Virus record (IMG/VR): IMGVR_UViG_3300011475_000006
Strand: one strand, 5' to 3'
DNA length: 24,624 nucleotides
Source: an uncultured virus (IMG/VR IMGVR_UViG_3300011475_000006)
Lineage: Duplodnaviria; Heunggongvirae; Uroviricota; Caudoviricetes
Made by a program: the position numbers and the translations under genes. The notes under the pieces were generated by a model. The model saw nothing but the letters and a program-made list of their open reading frames with translations, did not search any database and was not told where the DNA came from. How positions within the stretch are numbered: position 1 is the first letter of the stretch; each line of letters starts with the position of its first letter. Positions 16,288 to 24,624 of the stretch are shown here, piece by piece.

Positions 16288-16332
16288 TTTAACCGTGGAA
16301 GCTCAAGAATATCAGTTCCTTTAACCGTGGAA
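16288..16332. repeat. 13-bp direct repeat upstream of the ghoS-like gene
   Basis: TTTAACCGTGGAA at 16288 and 16320 (32-bp period). Confidence 0.85.
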
Positions 16333-16385
16333 AGTGAAGGAAATCACGCGCCGGGCGTGACTAAACATCCCGGCACCAATAACCG

Positions 16386-16411
16386 AAAAGCCGCCTAACA
16401 AGCGGCTTTTT
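16386..16411. terminator. Bidirectional-type Rho-independent terminator
   Basis: AAAAGCCGC-N8-GCGGCTTTTT. Confidence 0.8.
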
Positions 16412-16558
16412 ACATACCTCAGTCGCTTCAACGAGGCGGCTTAGTTATGACAACCGGCGGCCATCCACCGCTACAACAATGTGCATCAGGTATAAATGTT
16501 CCGCTAGCCGGCGTTAAGGCACAAAGCACACAAATTCTATAAATATTGGAGGTGAATA

Positions 16559-16870
16559 TTGCAACCACTACGTATATACGCATTAACGTTCGTAAATAAA
16601 GCTCTAACACTTTCAACTGATAACCGTGATGATTTTTGGCTGGAAATTCCCGGAGGTATTGGGTGGGTTAAATTCTCCAGGCTCCGGGAAGAAAAAGAAT
16701 TTACAAATGATGGAGCGTTGTTTGCAGCCACTGAACTGCGTTCGGTATCTGACCTAACCCCTTACCCACAAGTTCAAGCACGATGTGTTTTGTGGCGTCA
16801 GCGGGAAGCTCTTTTAAGCGCTGCAAATACACTTTCTTTTCTTCTGGGTCTGAAACATTCTGATTTATGA
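16559..16870 (+). CDS. Hypothetical protein overlapping the antisense gene
   Basis: Strong GGAGGTG SD 4 nt before TTG; 170-bp convergent overlap with 16701-17192. Confidence 0.4.
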   Translation: MQPLRIYALTFVNKALTLSTDNRDDFWLEIPGGIGWVKFSRLREEKEFTNDGALFAATELRSVSDLTPYPQVQARCVLWRQREALLSAANTLSFLLGLKHSDL

Positions 16871-17192
16871 AATCCCTTAAAGCAGTGAGCGATTCGTCAT
16901 GGAGTTTTACTGTCACCACTTTTAATGAGGAGGAGATACTTCCCTCTTCACTGAGCAAGTTAATAGCATCCTTAGTTACTGAAATCGTGTCTAGAGCAGG
17001 CTCTTTACCGCTTAGATACTCTTCTATTCCTCCCTTAATCATTCCCTCTTCTCTCAAATAAGCGATGTTTTGCAAAAGCGTTTTCTTATCAAGAGCAGCT
17101 AACTCCCTCGGTATGTACTCGATCGGGTCAGGATAGCTCTCTAAAGCGAGTTGAAGAATTTGAAGCTGAAGATTTCGGTTAAACGTGGCCAT
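16701..17192 (-). CDS. Hypothetical protein with a probable N-terminal winged-HTH
   Basis: LQLQILQLALESYP...LLQNIAYLREEGMIK...VTKDAINLL wHTH-like pattern; AAGGA SD; antisense to the pL operon. Confidence 0.7.
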   Translation of the reverse strand: MATFNRNLQLQILQLALESYPDPIEYIPRELAALDKKTLLQNIAYLREEGMIKGGIEEYLSGKEPALDTISVTKDAINLLSEEGSISSSLKVVTVKLHDESLTALRDFINQNVSDPEEKKVYLQRLKELPADATKHIVLELVGKGLGQIPNAVQWLQTTLHHL

Positions 17193-17281
17193 CCTTGTTT
17201 CCTTGTGCTGGCTGTGTGAGAACTTCCAGCATACCACCGAGCCTGAAGTGGTTAAAAGACAGGCATAACAAGGAGATCATT

Positions 17282-17398
17282 ATGATTGATTACGCTCGCA
17301 AACCAGGTCGGCAACAGGCCGTAAAACTGAACTTCTTCGAGGTGATTCTTCGCCGCCTGTGCTACCTACTGGCGCAAAAGGGGAATCCAGATGTGTAA
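17282..17398 (+). CDS. Small protein, possibly CIII-like
   Basis: AAGGAG SD; 38 aa; C-terminal RRLCYLLAQKGNP resembles lambda/P22 CIII KRLxDILNQPGVP; cIII-like position. Confidence 0.5.
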   Translation: MIDYARKPGRQQAVKLNFFEVILRRLCYLLAQKGNPDV

Positions 17399-17555
17399 CT
17401 CAACGGAATGCGGGTACTGCGGCAAGCCGGTTGAACCGGAGAAAGTAGTCAAAAGTACCCTTCTCTATCGCAACGGCTCACAGCTGGCGCGCAAAGAAAA
17501 AGAATACTGCTCTGAACGTTGTGCTTCTTACGACCAGATGGCACACGAGGCATAA
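17391..17555 (+). CDS. ydaE: YdaE-family zinc-binding protein (not in the ORF track)
   Basis: Translated by hand: MCNSTECGYCGKPVEPEKVVKSTLLYRNGSQLARKEKEYCSERCASYDQMAHEA (CxxC...CxxxC); upstream of recE as in Rac. Confidence 0.8.
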   Translation: MCNSTECGYCGKPVEPEKVVKSTLLYRNGSQLARKEKEYCSERCASYDQMAHEA

Positions 17556-17695
17556 CGTAAAAGCCGCGCAAGGCGGCCCGTACGTCCGGTGCTCCCGACC
17601 AAAGTTACACCGGAAAACTACTTTAAAAACCAAAGTTCACCCAATGGGCGCTTTCTCTGGCCCGGGGATCTTACATCTAAAAAAGAGGATCTCAC

Positions 17696-20600
17696 ATGGA
17701 ATTTTTCTATGTAGTTAAGGCTACGCAGAAATCTGGCAAAGAAGACGCAGTGATTTGGTTCACCGCGAAATCTGAAGCCCGTGCAAACCTGCAGCTCGAT
17801 GTTGAGCTGGAAGATGCCGGTATTGAAACCGGCCGCGGTAAGAATTACTCAAAACCGGTTCGCACCGATTTCCCTGTTTACAACGACCTGCCGGAAGAAA
17901 GCACCGTGGATTACACCTGGTGCAAACGCTACGCCCTCCAGGACGATGGACGCACCTGGCTGCCAAAGGCTGGTGCTGAGTTGACTGGACCAGTGGACAC
18001 CACTACCGCACCGGAAACGACCGTTAAAGTCGAAACTGCCGTCGACAATGTTCCGCTTGAAAACCGCACTCCAGCGGTCCGTTTTGCCGTCCACCTGACC
18101 AGCGACAAATACCAGTCACACATCTCTAAAGAGCAGCAACTGGCTGCCAGCGAAATGTCACTGGATGAAGGTAACACCTATCTCCAGAACCTGCTGCTGG
18201 CGAAAAACGACATCCCTGAAGTTGCCGAACTCAGCCTGAGCGCTGAGTGGAAACTAGTTCAGGCTATTAAGCAGGTCTTCGCGCCAGATGAAAAGCACGA
18301 AGCTGAAGTTATCGCTGCATTCATGGCTGACTGGGCGAGAGCTGATGCCGGCGACCGCAATCAGTTAGTTGAAGAGTGGAGAAGCGGAAAGCTTACTCTT
18401 CTCAAATCAGAAAGCACCAGCAAAACCGGCGTTACAACCGATCAGGATCCAGAACCTGATAACGGTATCCAGATTGACGAGAATGATGACGAAACCACTC
18501 GTTATCCAGTCGTTCGTATGCCCTTCCGCAAGCAGCTACTCGCCCAGTTCACCGCCGACGAACTGCGCCACCACTTAACCCGCGAAGAATACGAAGGTAT
18601 CAGCGCGCTGGAGATGGACACTGACAACAGCTATGTCCAGAACCTGCTGCTGGCGGCAGAAAACTGCGAAGAGGTTAAGGGTTACGACACCAAAGACCTG
18701 TGGCGCTATACCGACGCCATTCGCAAAGTGTTCAGCCAGGAAAAGCGTCACGAACTCGCTTTGGTTCTCCGATTCACCCGAATCTGGGCGGCAACTGATT
18801 ATATCGATCGCGGCATTCTCGTTCGCGAATGGGCAGCCGGTAATCGTATCAGTAATGTTCAGCGCACTGATTCTAGGACCAATGCAGACGGTGGCTATGT
18901 GACGGATCGCGGCGAAGGCGCGCACCACACTCTGGACTCTCTCGATCTTGAGATCGCCTGTGCCCTGCTGCCTATGGATTTCCATCACTTTGAAATCCCC
19001 TCAAGCGTTTTGCGTCGCGCCAAAGAAATCGTGGCGAAGAAAGAAGAACCATGGAAATCATGGAGCGCCATCCTGCGTAATCAGCCCGGCGTACTGGCGG
19101 TGAACCGTGCGGCAACCTTCAATCTGATCCGCATCGCGCCAGAAAACATCCACCACACGCCAGCGGCTCATCTTGAGTTCGTTAATAAAACCATGACGGC
19201 TGAGTTTAACTCTGCTGTGGAGTTACTACCGTTGTCTACTACTGCTGTTGAGACCGAAGTTGCAGCCGAACAGCCTAAGGTTGCAAATCTCGGCAGCGGC
19301 ATGTTCTCCATCGAATGCCTGATGAACGAAAACCAACCACAAACAGATGACCGTTCATCGGTTACAGAGGAGACCACCAGCGATGTGCAGATGGAAGAGA
19401 CTGACCCAGCGGAAGGAGAAAGTGTTGACGCGATTCCACCAAGCGAAAGTTCTGATGCAGCTGATCCGCAAACAGTTGCCCTGAACCCGGCTGAGGTGCT
19501 GGCTGCCGCAGCGCCGGAACTGGCGAACGCCACAGTGCCGGAATCGAACACCGAAGTGCCAGAAGAAACCGCCAGCACCCTGGAAGAGCAACCATCACAA
19601 CCGGTCCCTGAATACCCTGCCTTCTTCGAACCGGGCCGCTATGAAGGTCTGCCGAATGACGTGTATCACGCTGCAAACGGGATCAGCTCAACTCAGATAA
19701 AGGATGCCCGCGTCAGCCTGATGTACTTCAACGCGCGTCACGTGGCTAAAACCATCCCGCGCGTACCGTCCAAAGTGCTGGATATGGGTAACCTGGTGCA
19801 TGCGCTGGCGCTGCAGCCCGAGCTGCTTGATGCAGAGTTCAGCGTTGAGCCTGTCATCCCTGAAGGTGCATTCACCACTGCGGCCACCCTGCGCGAGTTC
19901 ATTGACACGCATAACGCCAGCTTGCCGGCGCTGCTGAGCGCTGACGATCTCAAAGCGCTGCTGGAAGAGCACAACGCCACCCTGCCCGCGCAAGTGCCGA
20001 TGGGCGGCAGTCTGGAAGAAACCGCGCAGAGCTATATGGCGCTGCCGGCTGAATTCCAGCGTATCGGCGCTGACCAGAAAAAGACCGCCACCGCAATGAA
20101 GGCCTGCATCAAAGAGTACAACGCCACCCTGCCCGCGCAGATGAAAACCAGCGGCAGCCGTGACGCGTTGCTAGAGCAGTTGGCAATCATCAACCCTGAC
20201 ATTGTGGCTCAGGAAGCACAAAAACCAGTACCACTGAAAGTGTCTGGTTCAAAAAACGACCTGATTCAGGCTGTGAAGTCTGTCAATCAGGAGGCTGTGT
20301 TCGCCGACGAACTGTTGGATGCCTGGCGCGACAACCCTGGCGAAAAGATTTTGGTTACCCGCCAGCAGTTGGCCACCGCGCGAGCAATTCAGTCTGCACT
20401 CCTAGCGCACCCGACCGCCGGCATGCTGCTGACACATCCAAGCCGCGCCGTTGAAGTGAGCTACTTCGGTTTTGACGACGAAACAGGTTTAGAAGTGCGT
20501 GTACGTCCGGACCTCGAGATTGAACTGGACGGCGTGCGAATCGGTGCTGACCTGAAAACCATCAGCATGTGGAATGTGAAGCAAGAAAGCCTGCGCGCCA

Positions 20601-20905
20601 GGCTGCATCGGGAAATCATAGAGCGGGACTACCACCTCAGTGCGGCTATGTATTGCGAGACCGCGGCGCTGGACCAGTTCTTCTGGATTTTCGTCAACAA
20701 AGACGAGAACTACCACTGGATCGCCATCATTGAGGCGTCAACCGAACTGCTGGAGCTGGGCATGCTCGAGTACCGCAAAACAATGCGCGCCATCGCAACT
20801 GGATTCGACACGGGCGAATGGCCAGCGCCGATCACTACCGATTACACAGATGAACTGAACGATTTCGACCTGCGCCGCCTCGAAGCGCTGCGCGCTCAGG
20901 CTTAA
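17696..20905 (+). CDS. recE: Exodeoxyribonuclease VIII (RecE family)
   Basis: C-terminal nuclease: YHAANGISST, VRVRPD, ADLKT, YHLSAAMY; long N-terminal region; followed by recT. Confidence 0.92.
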   Translation: MEFFYVVKATQKSGKEDAVIWFTAKSEARANLQLDVELEDAGIETGRGKNYSKPVRTDFPVYNDLPEESTVDYTWCKRYALQDDGRTWLPKAGAELTGPVDTTTAPETTVKVETAVDNVPLENRTPAVRFAVHLTSDKYQSHISKEQQLAASEMSLDEGNTYLQNLLLAKNDIPEVAELSLSAEWKLVQAIKQVFAPDEKHEAEVIAAFMADWARADAGDRNQLVEEWRSGKLTLLKSESTSKTGVTTDQDPEPDNGIQIDENDDETTRYPVVRMPFRKQLLAQFTADELRHHLTREEYEGISALEMDTDNSYVQNLLLAAENCEEVKGYDTKDLWRYTDAIRKVFSQEKRHELALVLRFTRIWAATDYIDRGILVREWAAGNRISNVQRTDSRTNADGGYVTDRGEGAHHTLDSLDLEIACALLPMDFHHFEIPSSVLRRAKEIVAKKEEPWKSWSAILRNQPGVLAVNRAATFNLIRIAPENIHHTPAAHLEFVNKTMTAEFNSAVELLPLSTTAVETEVAAEQPKVANLGSGMFSIECLMNENQPQTDDRSSVTEETTSDVQMEETDPAEGESVDAIPPSESSDAADPQTVALNPAEVLAAAAPELANATVPESNTEVPEETASTLEEQPSQPVPEYPAFFEPGRYEGLPNDVYHAANGISSTQIKDARVSLMYFNARHVAKTIPRVPSKVLDMGNLVHALALQPELLDAEFSVEPVIPEGAFTTAATLREFIDTHNASLPALLSADDLKALLEEHNATLPAQVPMGGSLEETAQSYMALPAEFQRIGADQKKTATAMKACIKEYNATLPAQMKTSGSRDALLEQLAIINPDIVAQEAQKPVPLKVSGSKNDLIQAVKSVNQEAVFADELLDAWRDNPGEKILVTRQQLATARAIQSALLAHPTAGMLLTHPSRAVEVSYFGFDDETGLEVRVRPDLEIELDGVRIGADLKTISMWNVKQESLRARLHREIIERDYHLSAAMYCETAALDQFFWIFVNKDENYHWIAIIEASTELLELGMLEYRKTMRAIATGFDTGEWPAPITTDYTDELNDFDLRRLEALRAQA

Positions 20906-20914
20906 GGGGGATTT

Positions 20915-22000
20915 ATGCATAACACAAACGTTACCGTTGCTGACCAGAACACCGTTATTAACTCCAACGTGGCTTTGTTCGATTCCCAGTATCTGAACGC
21001 CATCAGCACGTTCGCGCAGATTATGGCCCAAGGCACCGCTACTGTTCCTAAGCACCTGCAGGGCAATCAGGCCGACTGCATGGCTGTGGCGATGCAAGCG
21101 GCACAGTGGCAGATGAATCCCTTTGCCGTGGCGCAGAAGACGCACCTGATTAACGGTGTGCTCGGGTATGAAGCTCAGCTGGTTAATGCCGTCATTTCAC
21201 GAAGCGGCGTGCTGGCCAGCCGCTTTGAATATGAATGGTACGGGCCATGGGAAAAGGTGGTTGGAAAATTCCACATCCGTAAAGGCGACAAAGGCGAGTA
21301 CCGCGTCCCGGGCTGGACCCTGGCTGACGAAGCCGGGATCGGCATCATTATCCGCGCAACGCTTAAAGGTGAAGATCAGCCGAGGGAACTTGATTTACTG
21401 CTGGCTCAGGCCCGAACCCGAAACTCTACCCTTTGGGCTGACGACCCTCGCCAGCAGCTGGCGTACCTGGCCGTTAAACGCTGGGCGAGACTGTTCTGCC
21501 CGGATGTGATTCTGGGCGTTTACACCCCGGATGAACTGGATGATCGCCGTGAAGAACGAGAGGTAAACCCGGCACCGGCGCAGCACGTTAGTCTTGCAGA
21601 AATTTCAGGTGACAACGTCACTACGACTCAAACGGCTCAGGAATCAGCTCAAAACATCGATGCACTTGCTGATGATTTTCGTGACCGCATCGAGGCGGCT
21701 CAGGATGTGGATAGCGCTAAAGCTCTGCGCGCAGATATTGAAACCGTGAAAGCAACGCTGGGTTCTGCCCTGTTCACTGAGTTGAAAAACAAAGCCGTGA
21801 AGCGTTATTACCTGGTTGATGCAAGGAACAAAGTCGAAGCAGCCATCAATTCTTTGCCACCTTCAGATGAACCCGATGCAGCTGCGCGGTTTGCAGAGGT
21901 AGAGCGCGTTCTTGCATCGTCTAAACGCCATCTGGGCGACGAATTGCATGGTCAGTTCAGCATCACCCTGGCGGATATGAAACCGGAATACGTTGGCTAA
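20915..22000 (+). CDS. recT: RecT-family single-strand annealing recombinase
   Basis: DCMAVAMQAAQWQMNPFAVAQKT and LWADDPRQQLAYLAVKRWARL motifs. Confidence 0.88.
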   Translation: MHNTNVTVADQNTVINSNVALFDSQYLNAISTFAQIMAQGTATVPKHLQGNQADCMAVAMQAAQWQMNPFAVAQKTHLINGVLGYEAQLVNAVISRSGVLASRFEYEWYGPWEKVVGKFHIRKGDKGEYRVPGWTLADEAGIGIIIRATLKGEDQPRELDLLLAQARTRNSTLWADDPRQQLAYLAVKRWARLFCPDVILGVYTPDELDDRREEREVNPAPAQHVSLAEISGDNVTTTQTAQESAQNIDALADDFRDRIEAAQDVDSAKALRADIETVKATLGSALFTELKNKAVKRYYLVDARNKVEAAINSLPPSDEPDAAARFAEVERVLASSKRHLGDELHGQFSITLADMKPEYVG

Positions 22001-22034
22001 TGGAGGCGGGAGGGTCAGCCCTCCCGGAAAAGGA

Positions 22035-22868
22035 ATGCAAAATCAGAACTCTATAAAACATCCAGCAATTCGCTACCACGGTGGTAAGTTCCGTCTGGCT
22101 TCATGGATTATCCCACAGATGCCTCAGCACGTTTGCTACGTAGAACCTTTCGGCGGCGCAGCCGGCGTGCTGCTGCAAAAACCTCGAAGCTATGCAGAAG
22201 TCTATAACGATCTGGATGGCGAGGTAGTCAACCTGTTTCGCGTGCTGCGCGACGTCGAGATGAACCAACGTCTGCAGGAAGCGTGCATGCTAACACCTTA
22301 TTCTCGGGACGAATTTTGCGCAGCCCGAGATGCAACAGACGAGCCGATTGAACGGGCCAGGCGCATGATTGTACGCGCCAGCATGGGCTTCGGTTCAGCA
22401 GCCGGAATCGGTGGTAATTCCGGCTTCCGTAGTGACAGCAAAAGGAAATATGCGACAGCTGCACATCTTTGGGTCCGTTATCCGGAAAATTTGGCAGCTG
22501 TAGGTCAGCGCCTCCAGGGGGTCATTATCGAGAATAAAGATGCTCTGGCAGTAATGCACGCTCATGATGCTGAAACCACACTGCACTACATCGATCCACC
22601 TTATGTACTTGAAACCCGTGTACAGGGTAACCGTTATTACAGACATGAAATGACTATAGAGGAGCACGTGCATTTGCTCTCAGCGACAAGAGCGATGCTC
22701 GGAATGGTGATGATCAGTGGCTACGACACTGATCTGTATAACGACATGTTAAACGGGTGGGCAAAGCTTACAAAAGGAGCACTCATCAGCGCAAGGCGTG
22801 GCACAAAAGTTCGTACTGAATGCTTATGGATTAATCCACAGGCGCAACAAGCGGAGCGTGCAGTATGA
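22035..22868 (+). CDS. D12-class (Dam-like) N6-adenine DNA methyltransferase
   Basis: RYHGGK, motif I YVEPFGGAAGVL, YNDLD, motif IV DPPY; exact start uncertain. Confidence 0.92.
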   Translation: MQNQNSIKHPAIRYHGGKFRLASWIIPQMPQHVCYVEPFGGAAGVLLQKPRSYAEVYNDLDGEVVNLFRVLRDVEMNQRLQEACMLTPYSRDEFCAARDATDEPIERARRMIVRASMGFGSAAGIGGNSGFRSDSKRKYATAAHLWVRYPENLAAVGQRLQGVIIENKDALAVMHAHDAETTLHYIDPPYVLETRVQGNRYYRHEMTIEEHVHLLSATRAMLGMVMISGYDTDLYNDMLNGWAKLTKGALISARRGTKVRTECLWINPQAQQAERAV

Positions 22869-23107
22869 AACTGATTAATCGAGGAAGTAAGCAATCCCCT
22901 TTGGCTCGCCAGGCATGTGAAATCGCACTCGCAGCCCACCAGCAAAGATACGGTGATTATGGGCGCAGCAAGATGAAAGAGACCTATACGGTAAGAGTGG
23001 AAGGCGTGAAGGTCTGGGTTGAAGTGGTCAACTGCAAGGCAAGCTACGTGGCCACAGCAATGACCGGCATGCGCCGACTGCGTTCCCTGCCCGGCCAGGC
23101 AAACTGA
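22865..23107 (+). CDS. DUF4060-like phage protein
   Basis: YTVRVEGVKVWVEVVNCKASYVATAM pattern; ATGA overlap. Confidence 0.65.
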   Translation: MKLINRGSKQSPLARQACEIALAAHQQRYGDYGRSKMKETYTVRVEGVKVWVEVVNCKASYVATAMTGMRRLRSLPGQAN

Positions 23108-23171
23108 AACTGAAATATCAACGACTAAAGACCGGCATATTTATACTCATGCCGGTTACCTGAGGTGAACC

Positions 23172-23384
23172 ATGTCGCAGGTAATTTTTAACGAAGAATG
23201 GGTTGTTGGCGCCAGGCTCACAGAAAAAACAGGCCTGACCGAACGACAGATTGAGAAGTATCGCCAGGGCTGTTGGGTGGAAGGTGTCCATTTTAAACGT
23301 GTATCTCCTTCTGGAGAAAAAACCTTGCGTGGCACAACCTGGTATAACTATCCGAGAATTAATCAGTTAATAAGGGATGCGTAA
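23172..23384 (+). CDS. xis: Excisionase-like protein
   Basis: [27 protein letters not shown]...[16 protein letters not shown]; immediately upstream of int. Confidence 0.82.
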   Translation: MSQVIFNEEWVVGARLTEKTGLTERQIEKYRQGCWVEGVHFKRVSPSGEKTLRGTTWYNYPRINQLIRDA

Positions 23385-23385
23385 G

Positions 23386-24624
23386 ATGACAGCTTTGCCT
23401 ACCGGTGTCGAAATCAGAAACAATAAGATTTGTATCTGGTTTATGTACCGGGGAAAGCGTTGCCGCGAAATTCTAAAAGGTTGGATTAACACCCCGGCGA
23501 ACATCAAAAAAGCCGGGAATCTTCGGGCTGTGATCGTTAGCGAGATCAACCTTGGAGAGTTTGATTACCATCAGCGCTTTCCTTCATCTTCCAGAGCAAA
23601 AAAAACCGTAACCACTGTTTCAGTTCAAACCTTTTCAGAGCTGTGTGAACTGTGGACGAACATTAAAGAAACAGAAATTAGCGCGAATACGATGCGTAAG
23701 ACGCGCTCACAACTCGGTACGTTAATGCACATCATTAACGAAGACACGCCTGTTTCAACTATACGCCACAGCGACATTCTGAAATACAGGAAGGAACTGT
23801 TGAACGGTGAGACTCTTTACCTGGCAAATCCCAGATGCAACAAACAGGGACGCACTGTGCGTACCGTGAATAACTATATATCGCTACTTTGCTCCCTTCT
23901 TCGGTTTGCACACAAATCTGGCTTTATCAGTGGCAAACCCTTTGAAGGGGTCAAGAAACTACACAAAGGGAAAGTAAAACCGGATCCTTTAACGAAGCAG
24001 GAGTTTAGTTTGCTTGCGGCATCCGAACGTGGCCAAAGCCTCAATATGTGGACGTTCGCAGTTTATACTGGTGTCCGTCATGGAGAGCTTGCAGCTCTTG
24101 CCTGGGAAGATATCGACTGGGAAAAAGGTACGGCTCATATACAGCGCAACCTTAATGCGCTAGGAATGTTCGTCCCACCAAAAACCGATGCAGGTGATCG
24201 AGTTATCACGCTATTAGAGCCAGCACTAGAGGCCTTGAAGGCACAGCGTACGCTGACTTCGTTTCAGCCTAAAACCGAGATTGTGTTTCATCACCGAGAG
24301 TATGGTGCGATGGAATATCAGAACCTGCGGTTTGTTTTCATGCCCCGGATGCGCAAGGGCATACAGAAGGCCTACTACTCTTTATCGAGTATCGGCTCCA
24401 GATTTAACGCAGCTGTAAAACGTGCTGGTATTCGCCGCCGGAATCCGTACCATACGCGGCATACTTTTGCCTGCTGGCTTTTATCTGCCGGCGCTAACCC
24501 GTCTTTCATAGCCAGCCAGATGGGGCATGAAAACGCGCAAATGGTTTATGAAGTCTACGGTGCGTGGATTGAAGAAATGAATGGCGAACAGGTGCTGATG
24601 CTTAACGATAAGCTCGCACGCTGA
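23386..24624 (+). CDS. int: Tyrosine recombinase (phage integrase) with an N-terminal arm-binding domain
   Basis: TGVRHGE (Arg), PYHTRHT (HxxR), QMGH, VY catalytic Tyr; start at 23377 or 23386. Confidence 0.96.
   Translation: MTALPTGVEIRNNKICIWFMYRGKRCREILKGWINTPANIKKAGNLRAVIVSEINLGEFDYHQRFPSSSRAKKTVTTVSVQTFSELCELWTNIKETEISANTMRKTRSQLGTLMHIINEDTPVSTIRHSDILKYRKELLNGETLYLANPRCNKQGRTVRTVNNYISLLCSLLRFAHKSGFISGKPFEGVKKLHKGKVKPDPLTKQEFSLLAASERGQSLNMWTFAVYTGVRHGELAALAWEDIDWEKGTAHIQRNLNALGMFVPPKTDAGDRVITLLEPALEALKAQRTLTSFQPKTEIVFHHREYGAMEYQNLRFVFMPRMRKGIQKAYYSLSSIGSRFNAAVKRAGIRRRNPYHTRHTFACWLLSAGANPSFIASQMGHENAQMVYEVYGAWIEEMNGEQVLMLNDKLAR

Larger units (their letters stand above)
1..24624. mobile_element. 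Lambdoid prophage segment (integrase to lysis cassette)
   Basis: Canonical lambdoid order int-xis-recT-recE-cI-cro-cII-O-P-rusA-Q-holin-endolysin-Rz/Rz1; att sites and structural genes are not in the window. Confidence 0.97.

Noticed and set aside
17760..21586. Numerous alternative-frame and antisense ORFs inside recE/recT
   Set aside because: Typical shadow ORFs of GC-rich coding sequence, with no independent signals.

Overview
The whole window is part of a lambdoid prophage (Rac/Gifsy-like early region; an enterobacterial host is inferred). From right to left it carries integrase and xis, a DUF4060-like gene, a Dam-like N6-adenine methyltransferase, recT and recE, small pL-operon genes (ydaE-like, cIII-like) with two antisense cargo genes (a GhoS-like protein and a wHTH protein), a lipoprotein, the immunity region (cI/cro/cII with clear OR/OL operators), and O (with origin iterons) and P. 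An AT-rich, oppositely oriented three-gene cassette sits in the nin position. Next come DUF1367, rusA, a lambda-type Q, pR'/tR', cargo genes, a pinholin/SAR-endolysin/Rz/Rz1 lysis cassette and an Ivy lysozyme inhibitor. No morphogenesis genes lie in the window. Two things stand out. (1) 6267-11117 is a translationally coupled operon of a giant atypical histidine-kinase-like ATPase, a stand-alone receiver and a receiver-alpha/beta-hydrolase with a C-terminal membrane anchor, a candidate phosphorelay-triggered anti-phage system. (2) 2576-2973 holds two tandem copies of a covarying, pseudoknotted RNA scaffold, each with a different 3' tail and its own terminator; one tail looks like a GcvB sponge. 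Product calls come from motif and family recognition by eye, not database searches.
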